DNA of 64,000 nt. It comes from Ascidiella aspersa. Lineage: Eukaryota. The DNA is taken from NCBI GenBank assembly GCA_963924565.1, contig OZ004607.1, positions 6,510,001 to 6,574,000 on the forward strand, in the 5' to 3' direction. The notes under the pieces are model-generated. The model searched no databases. It saw only the letters and a list, made by a program, of their open reading frames with translations, and was not told where the DNA came from. Every line of letters begins with the position of its first letter. Position 1 is the first letter of the stretch. The position numbers and the translations under genes were made by a program. This document shows, one piece after another, positions 1 through 12,500 of this stretch.

Positions 1-383
1 TATACATATAGGCTAGAACCAGTGACCAAATTTGTTCTCGAGACCTCCTTTAAGATATTCCATAACTTACGCGAGACTCTATTATAGTAGATTACACGTA
101 AACCAAAGGCAATTAGAATCATATTACACAAAACTAACTAAAATCAAGGTATAGCGTTTATTCGGGTTATTACGACTTGAATAGAAAAGTGCATTGACCG
201 CTCGCAAAGTAACGAAAATAGGTTTATAGAAACTCGTAATTAACCAAGCAATATAAGGATTGTTTTACTATTGTATTTCAAAGTATAAAGCAGGAGTCTT
301 GACTTTTTTACCAGTACAATTTCGATTTGTCTGCAAGTAAGGTGTATCCCATTAGAATAATTATCCCTACTGTTCACCTAAGC

Positions 384-590
384 CAGTGCTTTTCAACCTT
401 TTTGCTGGAGTAGAATGCCATGGAAACATTTCACTGGCTCGAGGAACCCGAGTGCAATAATTTCACTGGCTCGTGAAACCCCAGTGTAATAAACACACCC
501 CCAATTAGCTACACAATTTAGAAATTGCGGAACCCCTGGCCTGTACTAGAGGAACCCTTGGGTTCATCGCACCCTGGTTGAAAACCACTG
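384..590. mobile_element. hAT-type MITE inserted only in the left arm of the inverted duplication
   Basis: TIR cagtgcttttcaacc...ggttgaaaaccactg with a perfect 8-bp TSD acctaagc (376-383, 591-598). The right arm shows the empty site (cacttaggtgaac). Confidence 0.93.
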
Positions 591-641
591 ACCTAAGCGT
601 TAGCAACAATTTCTATTAAAATGAATTCTCTAGGTCTAGGG

Positions 642-901
642 CAGTATTTCTTAATAAGGTGATTGGTTTACCCCAGGGTGAATAAATTTTTTTAAGGGTT
701 GAACCAACCAAAAGGGGTGAATAAGGGTGAACGGTCAGAACATGAATGATAGCTTGCGAACAAGGCGGATATTCCGGGTGTTCAGTGAACAGGTGGGAAT
801 TACCAAAAACAAAATTAATTCTAAGTTTTTTCACAAGGATGAATGGAATCTGTAGATTGAAGCTAGGAGTAAACAAACTAAAAAAGGTTTAAGAAACACT
901 G
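642..901. mobile_element. hAT-type MITE (left-arm copy)
   Basis: TIR cagtatttcttaa...ttaagaaacactg; 8-bp TSD gtctaggg/ctctaggg. Confidence 0.85.
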
Positions 902-1127
902 CTCTAGGGTATGCCCACGTTTTGCGATACCGGATCAAAATATGCAACAGCATTGTCCTACTTTAATACTTAAGAGAAAAATAGAATATCACAAACCCAT
1001 CAATAAAATATCACTTCCAAAAAATATCGTCTTATTTTATATTTAAAACAGTTTAGACCAGGACCAGGAGTCCTAATCTTCTAAGTGACAGGAGTAAGCG
1101 AGAGAAATTTGCGCAGATACCCTAGAG

Positions 1128-1387
1128 CAGTGGTTCTTAAACTGTTTTTAGTTTTGTATACCCCTAGCATCGATCTCCAGATTCTATTAACCCTGATAAA
1201 AAAACTTAATTTAGTTTTTGGAAATTCTCACCTGTTCACTAAACAGGTTGAACACCCGGAATACCACCCTGCTCGCAAGCTATCATCCATTTCTGACGGT
1301 TCACCCTTATTTACTCCTTTTGGTTGATTCACCCCTGCAAAATGTTATTCACCCGGGGTGGACCAATCACCTGATTAAGAAACACTG
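1128..1387. mobile_element. hAT-type MITE (right-arm copy, reverse complement of 642-901)
   Basis: TIR cagtggttcttaa...ttaagaaacactg; TSD ccctagag/ccctagac. Confidence 0.85.
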
Positions 1388-2138
1388 CCCTAGACCTGGA
1401 GAGTTTATTTAAATAGAATATAAATTGTTGCTAACACTTAGGTGAACAGTTGGGATAATTATTCTGATGGCATACACCTTACATGCAGACAAATCGAAAG
1501 TGTACTGGTAAAAAAGTTCAAGACTTCTGCTTTATACTTTGAAATACAATAGTAAAACAATCACTATATTGTTTGGTTAATTACGAGTTTCCATAAACCG
1601 ATTTTCATTGTTACTTCACGAGCGGCCAATACATTTTTCTATTCAAGTCGTAATGACCCGAATAAACGTTATACCTTGATTTTAGTTAGTTTTGTATAGT
1701 TTTGACGACATTCTTGGCAAAGTGAAACAACCCATTCTGACAATTAATCGAACTGCCATTTTGAATATGATTCTAATTGCCTCTGGTTTACGTGTAATCT
1801 ACTAAAATAGGGTCTCGCGTAAGTTATGGAATATCTTAAAGGAGGTCTCGAGAACAAATATTTTGGCCACTGGTCTAGCTTACACACATATACACCAATT
1901 TCTAGAACTTAATGTATAAAATCGGTTGGTTGATGAACTGATCTAACTGCTAAAATGTATAAGATTCTGTTCAGTCACATCGTTTTTCGAGCGATTAAAA
2001 CAGTTTGCTGACCTTAACATGGTTGTTTTATACATTTCTGTAACTTTTATTCTGACCGCCATGACAAATAACCATCAAATGTAAACATGAGAATGACTAT
2101 TGTTGCGATTAGGCTGTAAAGATGATCGCTTCTACTTT

Positions 2139-2708
2139 TTAGGGAGCACCGATGATCCAATTTGAGTTAAAAACTCCGTCATTTTCGAGGAACCTGCCTT
2201 CTGCAGCCCTCAACTCATCCCCAAGGCTGAAGCCACCTTGAAGACCGGCGTGCAATCCATTTGGTCCGAGTTGAGCAACGCCGCCGAGATTAGCTCCTGC
2301 TTGAATTGGTCCAAGGTTTCCTTGAAGATTTGCGTTAGCTCCGACGCCTATTCCGTGCTGATTGATCGCAAGTTGCCCACCTGCATTCGCGGCAACACCT
2401 GCGAAGTGATTAATGCCGATACCTGCTTGGCCTTGAACGGCGGCATTTAACCCTTCCTTATTGATCGAGGCAGTTCCGCCAAGCGCGGCTTGGGCTCCAC
2501 CAAATCCATGAATTCCAAGTCCTGCGTTGGCCAATGCCTGGGCTTGGAATCCTCCAGGTGCTAATCCAAGACTTGCGGCACCATTACCATGGATGCCGGT
2601 TGGTCCGTTGTAAAAAATCTGCCTTTTGTTTCGTTTCTGCAGCACGGCCGCCTCGCTGAAAGCGACGACAAGAACCAAAACGGACAAAATCAAAATGCAG
2701 CTGTTCAT
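2139..2708 (-). CDS. Secreted Gly/Ala/Asn/Gln-rich prepropeptide, 189 aa (single coding exon)
   Basis: ATG directly follows a strong acceptor (ttttttttgcag|ATG AAC AGC). Signal peptide MNSCILILSVLVLVVAFSEA, basic site KRNKR|Q, then ~4 degenerate ~32-33-aa Gly-rich repeats. AATAAA on the minus strand at 2046-2051. Confidence 0.88.
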   Translation of the reverse strand: MNSCILILSVLVLVVAFSEAAVLQKRNKRQIFYNGPTGIHGNGAASLGLAPGGFQAQALANAGLGIHGFGGAQAALGGTASINKEGLNAAVQGQAGIGINHFAGVAANAGGQLAINQHGIGVGANANLQGNLGPIQAGANLGGVAQLGPNGLHAGLQGGFSLGDELRAAEGRFLENDGVFNSNWIIGAP

Positions 2709-3385
2709 CTGCAAAAAAAAGTTTTCGCTCAGGTCAAATGTCTAAATATAAATGAAAGAAATGTCGGTTGTTGTTGATAAGACTAAACAAGTCACACTGC
2801 AGATAGAAAGAAAGTAATGACGCCTACTTTTTACCATCACAAATTTTTAATCAACAAATGTAGGTGCTGAGTATCTATACGTAATGCAAGCCAATAAAAA
2901 TAATTACCAATAGTTTTAGGTTGCTAAATAAATGCACCAAGACGTTTGTTAATCCATGTGGCTACCCCCTTTATATCCATTAACACCTACTTATTTTAAT
3001 TTATCAAGGGTCACATCAGTCCTAAATTAATATGGCTTAAATCCCAAAAAAAGCATTTCCCAACCGCTGCCCGCGGGCCAACGAAAAAAAGTACAACATA
3101 TATTATTTACCATTTTTGCTTAATACTTTGGCTTAGCTCATTGGGCCCACAGTACCTCAAATGCCATAATTCAACTACGAGGCGTATGTAAAGCAAAAAT
3201 TACAGCCAGTACAAGAGAAATATTGGTATACATAAAATTTGCGCTATAGGTGCGCCACCACGTGTTTAGATACACAAGTGCGGTCTGACGTTAAAAAGTT
3301 GCTCCAGAGGAACAAAACCAGCAGGTCTTCGGCGACACAAAAACTAGGATAGTTAAACTTACACTTGTACTTTAATATCACTTAC

Positions 3386-3447
3386 CTTGTAGTATTGCTT
3401 GTTGAGTGCAAAGTGTGATTTGGGACGTGCTTCGTCGCGTTTATATA
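3386..3447 (-). promoter_or_regulatory. TATA promoter and short non-coding first exon of the Gly-rich gene
   Basis: Minus-strand TATATAAA at 3447-3440 lies ~25-30 nt before a putative TSS. The exon ends ACAAG|gtaagt (donor at 3385) and would splice directly to the ATG at 2708. Confidence 0.75.
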
Positions 3448-6400
3448 GCATTTTGCGAGGTGCGTTGTGGTTTTAGGACGTCGAAATTCCTCGAAACTTA
3501 CAGACCGATCGTTCCTAACTTCCTCGTCGTATCGCAACGATGTTTGTTTTTAAACGTGGCAGATAACGTTGAATATTGTCCCGGCTAAATTATTCGGGTT
3601 TTACAATTAACAATAAGCATTACCACCTTTCTGGTTTGCAATGTTGCTTTACAAAAAATCGCCTCTAAACTGTATTAAGATTAATTATTCCGATATATTA
3701 AGAAACCGATAATCATCTTTTGGTTTAGTTGTTTAGATATATTTGCTTTTAAATTCAGTGAGAGAACCAATATGAGCGTTTCTGGGGTTTTGGTAATTAA
3801 ATAAAGCCTATTTTTTCGAAAAAACTATTTGGGCAAGCGAAAGCTTGGTCCCACAATCGATACCAAAATAAAACAGAAGAGAAGTGTCATAAAGTTAATA
3901 ATTTGTGCCATTTTATGGAGAATAGACTGTAGCGTTTGGAACACACTACTCTTTCACCCGGAAAAGCTTAAAATAACGGATATATTCTGTACATTTTTTT
4001 CAAATTATAACCTACCTAATAAACCCACGCTAGAGTACAAATATCTTCCCGGCGTTGTTTTAACGTAGGGGTCGAAAGTTACGTCATAACGTGACGTCAT
4101 GATACAAGTTACCTTTAGAAATTCCTATGTCCGGTCGAACTCGTTCATCTACGATACTTGGTCCAATGTATATATTTGAAAAGGGATAAAGCGTGAGCGC
4201 AAAAATATTGAGATCAGATGGTTGAAATTGACAAAACCTTTATGTTAGAACTAGATGCAAGGCATTGGGTACACGATAAATGTTTGTACATTCCCAAATG
4301 CAGCTGTACTAAAAATTATCCCCGAAATAATTAAAAGGTAGTATACTAAGTAAAAAACCATATAAGATTCGCGCAAAGCTAAAAAAGTGTTTGAGCTTAT
4401 TTAAATAAAATCGGTAAAAAAATATAGTTTGGGGGATTTAGCTTCCTCCCTGGATACACCCTTGCACGTGGATACAAACTCAGATCACATTTTAAACCCC
4501 TTTGACACGTGTTTATAAGAAAGAAACTGTCACCTAAACTTACTTGTTATTTTTTGCGCAATTGATAGAGGAAGTAAAAACAGAAAATATCCGCACAGTT
4601 CAGCGTAATTGGAGAATATCCTTTAAGTCACATCCATTATATTCTTTTATTTGAAAACGTTGAAAGCTTCTTTGAAAATACAATCAGGCATGAATGTATC
4701 AAACAAGGTTGGTTGTAATTGAACAAGACCAACTCGTTTGAATTTTAATTCCTGTCATGCCAATAGATAAGGAAATGTTATTAAGATTAAACATTTCGAA
4801 GCATGATGCTGGAATATCGTTAACCATTTTCAGCCGGTGTATATCAGTGCTCAGTAACATTTTTGAACTTTTTTGAGCTGAGTCAGAGACGGGCTCGGCA
4901 CTAATCAAAACGCACATTTGGCCAGATACGGACTCGGGACTTGAGAGCTGGACTCGGGTTCATTTTTTGGACGTTATCGAACTCGGGTTATTTTTACCCG
5001 ACTCGGTAGCACTGCCTTAAAACCCGAAACATGTGGTTATTACCCCTACATATTGTATTCTGTACTTTTTTGTCATAAATTGTTTTTCGAGAGACCAATT
5101 AAGCAAGATAAATTACCAATGCGTGTTGGGGCAATAACGGACAAATGGGGCTAAACTTTACTTATGTATTGCAATGAGTTTTTTTGCGTAGGCTATAGTA
5201 AATGTCTGCTATGTTGTAAAATTGAAACCATTAATGTAGGCTATAGCTGTGGCCTGTGGCACCCTATCGCTTGGAAAGCAGGTTTATTTTGAGATAAGTA
5301 GAGAATTTTGACTTGTGAAGATGTGCAAAAGTTTTTACCTGTCCCAGAATAGTACATAGGCCTACACTCAGAGTATATACCTGCCTTGATGTACCGTACG
5401 TTCCCGTATTAAATGTATTCACTATATTTGACAAGGAACACTTGCGTATGTATTATCCCAAAGCGTCGTACGTGTCATAACCCATCTCTCAAAATTACAC
5501 TTTAAGTGCATTAAACGATTTAGGCCTAAGGTTGTTTTATCGCTTTGCGCAAATCGATAAAGTGTGTGTAATGCAGCTTTTGTGATGAAAGTTGCACCTC
5601 TTCGACCAAAAACTTTAACACGTCGCTTTTGGCTAAACTCTGTGATGTTATCTCTCAAAATGTTTTCTATGAACTTTCAAACAAAAGTCCTTGACTTGCG
5701 CCAGTACCCACGCAACTCGTTGTAAGCAACCATACCAGATTTAATTCCGCATAACTTGTGCTTTAAACGTGTCTCACAGCGCAGCAAAACACGTCGTGTA
5801 ATTATTGCAATATAAAAGTTGTGTATTTCAACATCAGCTGCGTGAATATGATAGAGCATGAAGCGACTGCGTTAAGGATTAGCTGGTCTGTTGCTTACTG
5901 GATAAGCCAGACCGACCCAACAAGGAAAATGATATCAACGTAAAATTTTGAACACTTTACCGTCAAGCGCACACGCTACAAGTTAAAGTAGCCTAGATAC
6001 ACAAACAATCGGACATGCGTCGCTGTTACCTTTACTTCAAATAAATATACGCGCTTTTTAATAAACATGTTGTAGCCTACCTTGCGATACAAGTAACTGT
6101 AAAAATCACGAAATTTAAAGGTAAAGACTGACTTAAATCGAGGAATTAACGTTAGCTACTAGACTCGAGGGTTAGGCATAAGGTGTGGTGTACAGTACAC
6201 CCTGCAATCTACTACACATAACATGGTGATTGGTAGGCCTCTGGCCCGTGGTATAAAATAAATTACTTGCTAACTGTTTGTGCCTAATACTGCCCTTCAT
6301 TGTGCATATGTTTTTTGTGTTTTAAGGCACTTGATAGTAACAGCGAAAACTACTGTTACACGCGTCTTTAACTAGGTAATGTCATTACATTTTGTTCTCG

Positions 6401-6580
6401 GTCATAGATTGTGTTTTTCAATTCTTGAGTTTTACCGAAATATACAGGGGCTTCCCCTACTGGAAAACCTTTGACGATACCCACAATGTTTTTCTGAAAT
6501 ATTTATTATATAAAAGTTTAGCGCATTTAGATGTTCTTATAGTCATTAGTTACTAACCAGTGACTAACATAAAAACAAAA

Positions 6581-9500
6581 ATGACAAGTAAAGCCACTAA
6601 GATAAACCTGAAGAATGCCAAACAGTGCATCCAAGCCAAAGACTTCAAGAAGGCTTTGGAATTTTGTCAGGTTTGAAAGTTTCGTTTGTATTTTTTACAA
6701 ATCAAAGTAGCAAAGTTTTGGGCGCTCGTCTAGAATCCTACCACATTCTTTAAACGCACAATATTTGGGTTAGGGTGTCGGTTAGTGTTTTGGTGAGGGT
6801 GGGTCAAGTATTATTATGTTCATCATTTAATAATAATACCTAGCCCAAACGCTAACCCCGTATGCTAACTCGCACCGTAACCCAAATAATGTTAGCAATA
6901 TAAACCCCCAGAGGGAATTGTGATAAAGCTGCTATTTTTCATTTTAAAGGTGATATTTAACGTCAGATGACATTACTGTCATGGTTTGCATTTTGCAAGG
7001 TATGGCTGGCCGATCTTGCGAACATATTTAACTGAAAACATGAGGGTGATTGGTGCGCCAAAGTTCTAAAGTGTAAGTTTCAAATAAGGATCATTTGTGC
7101 ATTAGACTTGACTGCACACCATAAAATGCAGACTGTATTTGATGTGTATCTAAGATTAGTTTGAAACTTTACTTTAATCACTGTGTTACCAGAATCAGAT
7201 TATATTTTATGGCCATCTTGCATATATTAAAACTTTAATGTGATAGCCAGCATGATTAAATGGTATGTACTGCAGAGAACATCATTAGTGAATACCATTC
7301 CTGAACACAATTCTGCATTCTGTGGCAGGTGTATACTAAAGTTGTTTTAATGCGGTTTAAAAATCTGATTATATAATTTGCACACATCAAATTGGAAAAA
7401 ATATACTTTGTTTGTATCAGGTTGGGCTTGTGTTCTGATTCAAACCTTTGGTGTGACTGTGCACCCTGCAAAAACAAAAATTTTAAGCATACACTCCTAA
7501 ATTCTTAGTGAACAGTGCTTTGAAGGGCAGACTGACCTGGACACTAAATTGATCCTTCAATTTTGACTTTAGGCAGCTCTTGAAACAGATGAAAGCAGCT
7601 ACAATGCACTAGTATTCAGTGGGCTCTGCCAATCAGAGCTTCGTCAGTTCGAACTTGCCGCTGATGCCTACAACAAAGCCACCAATGTGAATCCTGAACA
7701 ACTGCTAGCCTATCAGGGCATTGTCAGCTTGTACACAAAGCACAAGTCTCAAAATCTCTCAACAGCTGAGCATCAGCAGCTAATCAATGCTTATCTCAGT
7801 TTAGTCAACCTAAGCCCCAGGTATATATCAAAAAACCTTTGCAATAACACCAAGATGGTGAAATAGTTTTTTTGTACAAAATCTCTTTTCCTTATATTAG
7901 TTTTACAAAATAGGCAAAACTGAGCTAGGTTCTTCTTGTAAGTCAGTTGTGCCCAAGCATTTTATGTGCTCGCTTAATACAACCGGTTTAGTTTTCAACC
8001 TTAACAAACTGACATTTAAGTAACTATATTAATTAAAAGGGGTATAATATAAAACTTCATGTCACATTTTGAATTTGCAGACTTTTTCTGAGGTCTTATA
8101 TTACTCAGGTAACCTTTAAACACAAAACTAAGTAAAACTTAGTATTATATAGTCAAACTGACAAATGCAATGTTTGTTTTAATTTACTTTTATTTATAAA
8201 AAAAACGGTATTATATTTTTATTTATTTTTACATTTGTTATTCAATTTTTTGCAGCAAGGTTGTTTTATCGCCTAATGTTGTGAACAACATTTTTTACAG
8301 TGACACTACCAAGCTCAAGGATCTTGAAACCGGTTTGACAAAAGCTTATTGCTCCAATGAGCAGTATGAACTTGCCTTTGTCCCATTAAAAAAATTACTT
8401 GACCAGGAAAGTAATTTGCCGCTTTTGGTGTTGGCAGTTGACGTTCTGAAAAAGGCTGCATTGGACCATGTCAAGCTTATTGTGCATTCTGAATTGGTAA
8501 ACAACATATTTTATTTAATGTCTGAATTATGCTCTGACATTCTTTACAAATTATTTGTGTTAAGGAAACTCTTTATAAAAAGTAAAAATGTGACAAGGAC
8601 ACACAATCTGTGGTTATGTTTGTATTTACTATTTTGCAATGTTACAAGCTAATTACGGACAGTTTATCCTGAATAACCCTTGCATTATGTGAATAATGGT
8701 TTTACATGTCTTTATTTATATAGTGATTTTAGATTTCTTACCTTAAAATAATTTTGTGGAAGATTAGGACATTTTTAAGCTAACTTAAATCTAATATCAT
8801 TAATTTTTTAAGGTAAAGTTGTTAATTGTCCTACGTCTTTATTAGGATTAACAAAGTTGAATTGAACGATGTATTCTTTTCAACACCTAACCATAAATTT
8901 GCAGATAATGAACTTTTCCAAAGCGTATTGCCAGCTCCCAGAAGTTGATTTAAAGGAAAAAGAAGAATGCCTAGGTGCCTTATTGTTGTATGTCAATTGT
9001 CATCAACCTCTTCTCGAGCAAAATTTATCAACCATTTGCAAACTAACTGAACAACTCGTTATGGCTCACCCAAACAGCATCGTCTGTGCAGAAATTCTCA
9101 TACAAGCTGCCATGCAAACAGGTACCCCAATATGCTGTGTTAAATAAGCATAAAGCATGGTATTCAAGAAAATTGTTTGTGTTAAATAACGACCTGAAAA
9201 TTTCTACCTTTAAAAAAACCTGATTTAGCAAATTTTTTTAATATATTCTCTGTTAACAGTTTTTTTATATTTTCAATAGATTAATTGTTTTTCACTTGTA
9301 TTTTTTTACTTTGTCAAAACAAGTTGTTTATTCATAATCCTTTTAGATTCTCAATTAGTCAATGAAGAGATAGTCACAACTCTACTGCAGTCATACAGTG
9401 GAGCATACAAGCAAATATTAAAAGGATCTGAAGAGTTTGCAAAAGGACTCTTCCAGCAAGCTGCCGCCAACTTGCAAGAAGGCCTTGGCAAAGCACCAGA

Positions 9501-12500
9501 CTATATCCCTGGTTGGGTTAAGCTTTGCCAAGCACAGCTCAAGCTACGTCAAGCAATACCAGCAGAAAAATCTGCAAAGTGAGTTGCATTAATATCAACG
9601 CAACATTCTGTGTTTAATAAAAGTTTTTAATGGTGATCTTGTTCTATAACGCCTATTTTATTACTTTGGCTTTTTGAGATTGCCAAATGAATCTGAATCC
9701 GAAGCATTTCTTTTTTTAATTAGTTTACGTTTTAAGGCAGTTGCTGATATACCTATTCCCAGGTCAGCATTGCAAGAATGCAAAGCCTTGACGAATGAGA
9801 CCAAGCAACGGACCTGGCTTGTTCGCAATCAGTGTTTAAGTGAGCTGAAGATTATTCTTACCAAATGCCTGGCTCATGCGATGGCTATGCAAAGCGACCC
9901 TGGAACTCTGAAGCTGGCCAGGTCAACTTATGAGAAGGTAGGTTGCCTTCGCCTGTATGAAATAGTCAAGGTAAAATGCAGTTGTGGGTTAGATATTAAA
10001 ATTGGTCAGCTTTTTTCAAGGTTGAAATTTTTTAATATTAAAAAAAATGTATACCTTCATTGATAAAAAAAATGCTTGCATGGTACTATAGTTTTTTTTC
10101 TTAGAGTAGCATATAAATTCATTTTTAATATTTATTTATACAATCTTCAAATAACAATTACAAACCACCATTATCAAAACCACCTATTCTGTTTTGGTTC
10201 GCAAAATGCTCTGTGTCAAATACTATCTTTTTATTCATTTCAGCTTTTAAAACTTGAAGCGTCTTCAGCATCTATTCTTCTCGGTTTAATCAACGTTAAC
10301 AAAAAACTGAACAATCTTGAAGGAATCGAATCTTTTTTAGCGGTTGCTTTGAAGTCTCATGGCGATGATCCAGATTTTCTCAGTTGGTCAGCTTATCATC
10401 GATTCATGGTGAAACCATCTTTTTTTCTATTTAAAATCACTACTCCTACTAACTGTTGTTTAATGTTTACTGTAAATTGAATTAATTTAAACTGCTATAA
10501 AACCTAACAATTTTCAGGTCACCTTTATGCCGTAAATTGATTTTATTTTGTGGTTTTAAAATTTTAGCATTCCTTTTAATTTCACCAAAGTTTATGCATT
10601 GCAAATTGCAATCTTACCTAATAAATAGAACTGAATTTAAAGTTAAGTTACAGCACTACCCTAATGCATTTTAGTATTTCTGTATTATTGTTTTTGAATT
10701 TTAAATGTCTATTTGTTTTGTTTAAAGACGCCAGTGATTTCATTATTAAATTGTTAAAAAAAGTAAGAAACCTTTATTACTTTAGAAATCAGGCGTCATT
10801 TTTTGAAAAAGTATAAGTTATCTCTATAGGTTTCCTATTAGACAAATACGACTACCAACAAATCTTTATGACCTTACAGGTTTACATTTCGAATTGTTTA
10901 ATTCTGATTAAACCCATAAAACAAAACAAGGTTTGCTGTTTGGCATCCCTACGTTAGTTATTATTTTGCTTCGCGCATAATGATGCATTGGATTTCATTC
11001 GCAGATATAAACACGGATTAAACCGTTTGCCGCTCTGTTATACGGCGCACAAAAGTTTGAAAGATTGACGCAAGCCTTGGTTAGAACCCTTAACATAGTT
11101 TTGTGGTCTTTTTCAGGTTGGTGAAAAGGAAGAAGCCATATGTGAGTTACAGCAGATCTGCGAGGCTCACCCAGCTTCGTACATTGCCACTTTCCTCTGC
11201 GCCAAGCTAATGTGGGATCACGACCAAGCTTATCGAAACGACAGGACCAAGTGCCTTACCCTTTTCTTAAAGGTACATCTTGAAAAGTTGAAAACAAACA
11301 GTTTAACATAAAATCTTCATGAATTTTTTAAAAAGATTTAGCGAACACCTTAAAACTTCCACACGGATTCCCAGTGGTTTCAGAACCACCGACTTTAGAT
11401 CACTTGAGCTAAATTTACTATGTTTGAAAACAAACACCAAAGCCCGAATAGAAGTAGGTAGAGTTTTGAACGTTTCCAATATAAAAATATAATGTCTTCT
11501 AAAGATATTTGACATGCTTAGTAAGTCTAACTAAAACCTCCCACCATTATGTAAGATAAGATCACTTTTGACTCTGAAAATTTCTCTTTTGAGTTTTAAT
11601 TTCATAATCGAAATATTCAAACTCCTACCTACTTCTATATAGGATTTCATATACTAAGTCAAACTTAAACTTCCAACCATTATGTCAAAAAAATCACTTT
11701 TTACTTTATATATTTTTTTTTTGACTTTTAACACCTCTCTTAGAGATATACGGAAGTTGAAAATGCTACCGACTTTATAAGATTTCACATTCTTACAACT
11801 TCTAACCAAAACCTCCCCCACCTTCATGCTCCAAAAACACACCAAATAAATAGAAAAAAATCACTTCTGACTTTAGGCGGCCAAACTGGACCCAAACAAC
11901 AGCGAAGTGTTCCTTCACTTGGGCCACTTCTATAAGGATGTGGCGCATGATGCAAGCAGAGCAAAGAAGTGCTATCTAAAGGCGCGGGCGTTGGACATGG
12001 AAAGCGAAGAGACAGGAGCTGCCCTAGCTGATGTATACGTTGATGAAGGTAAGGGTGGACAGCGATTAACGGTGTTGTAATGACTTAAGTCATGACTTGA
12101 CTCAAGTGTTTTTTATGACTTGACTTGACCTAAGTCGTTTTGGTTAAATAACTTCACTCGACTTAAGTCGTTTTGGTAAATGACTTGACTTGACTTAAGT
12201 TGTTTTGGTAAAATGACTAGACTTGACTTAGGTCGTTTTGATAAATGACTAGACTTGACTTAAGTCGTTTTGGTAAATGACTTGACTCGACTTAAGTCGT
12301 TTTGGTAAATGACTAGACTTGACTTCGGTCGTTTTGGTAAAATGACTTGACTTGACTTAAGTCGTTTTGGTAAAATGACTAGACTTGACTTAAGTCGTTT
12401 TGGTAAAATGACTTGACTTGACTTAAGTCGTTTTGGTAAAATGACTAGACTTGACTTAAGTCGTTTTGGTTAAATGACTAGACTTGACTTAGGTCGTTTT

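Larger units (their letters stand above)
10..1880. repeat. Large imperfect inverted duplication (left arm ~10-911, spacer ~912-1117, right arm ~1118-1880)
   Basis: 30-68 (tttgttctcgagacctcctttaagatattccataactt) is the reverse complement of ~1821-1859. Collinear reverse-complement matches continue inward to ctctagggtat (902-912) / ataccctagag (~1117-1127). Confidence 0.95.

Noticed and set aside
616-1412. Mutually similar ORFs 616-876(-), 1085-1327(+) and 1218-1412(+)
   Set aside because: They are translations of the same MITE in the two arms of the inverted repeat, with frameshifts between copies.
5677-5679. Selenocysteine reading of the in-frame TGA
   Set aside because: No SECIS-like hairpin recognised downstream, and the context is not a redox motif.
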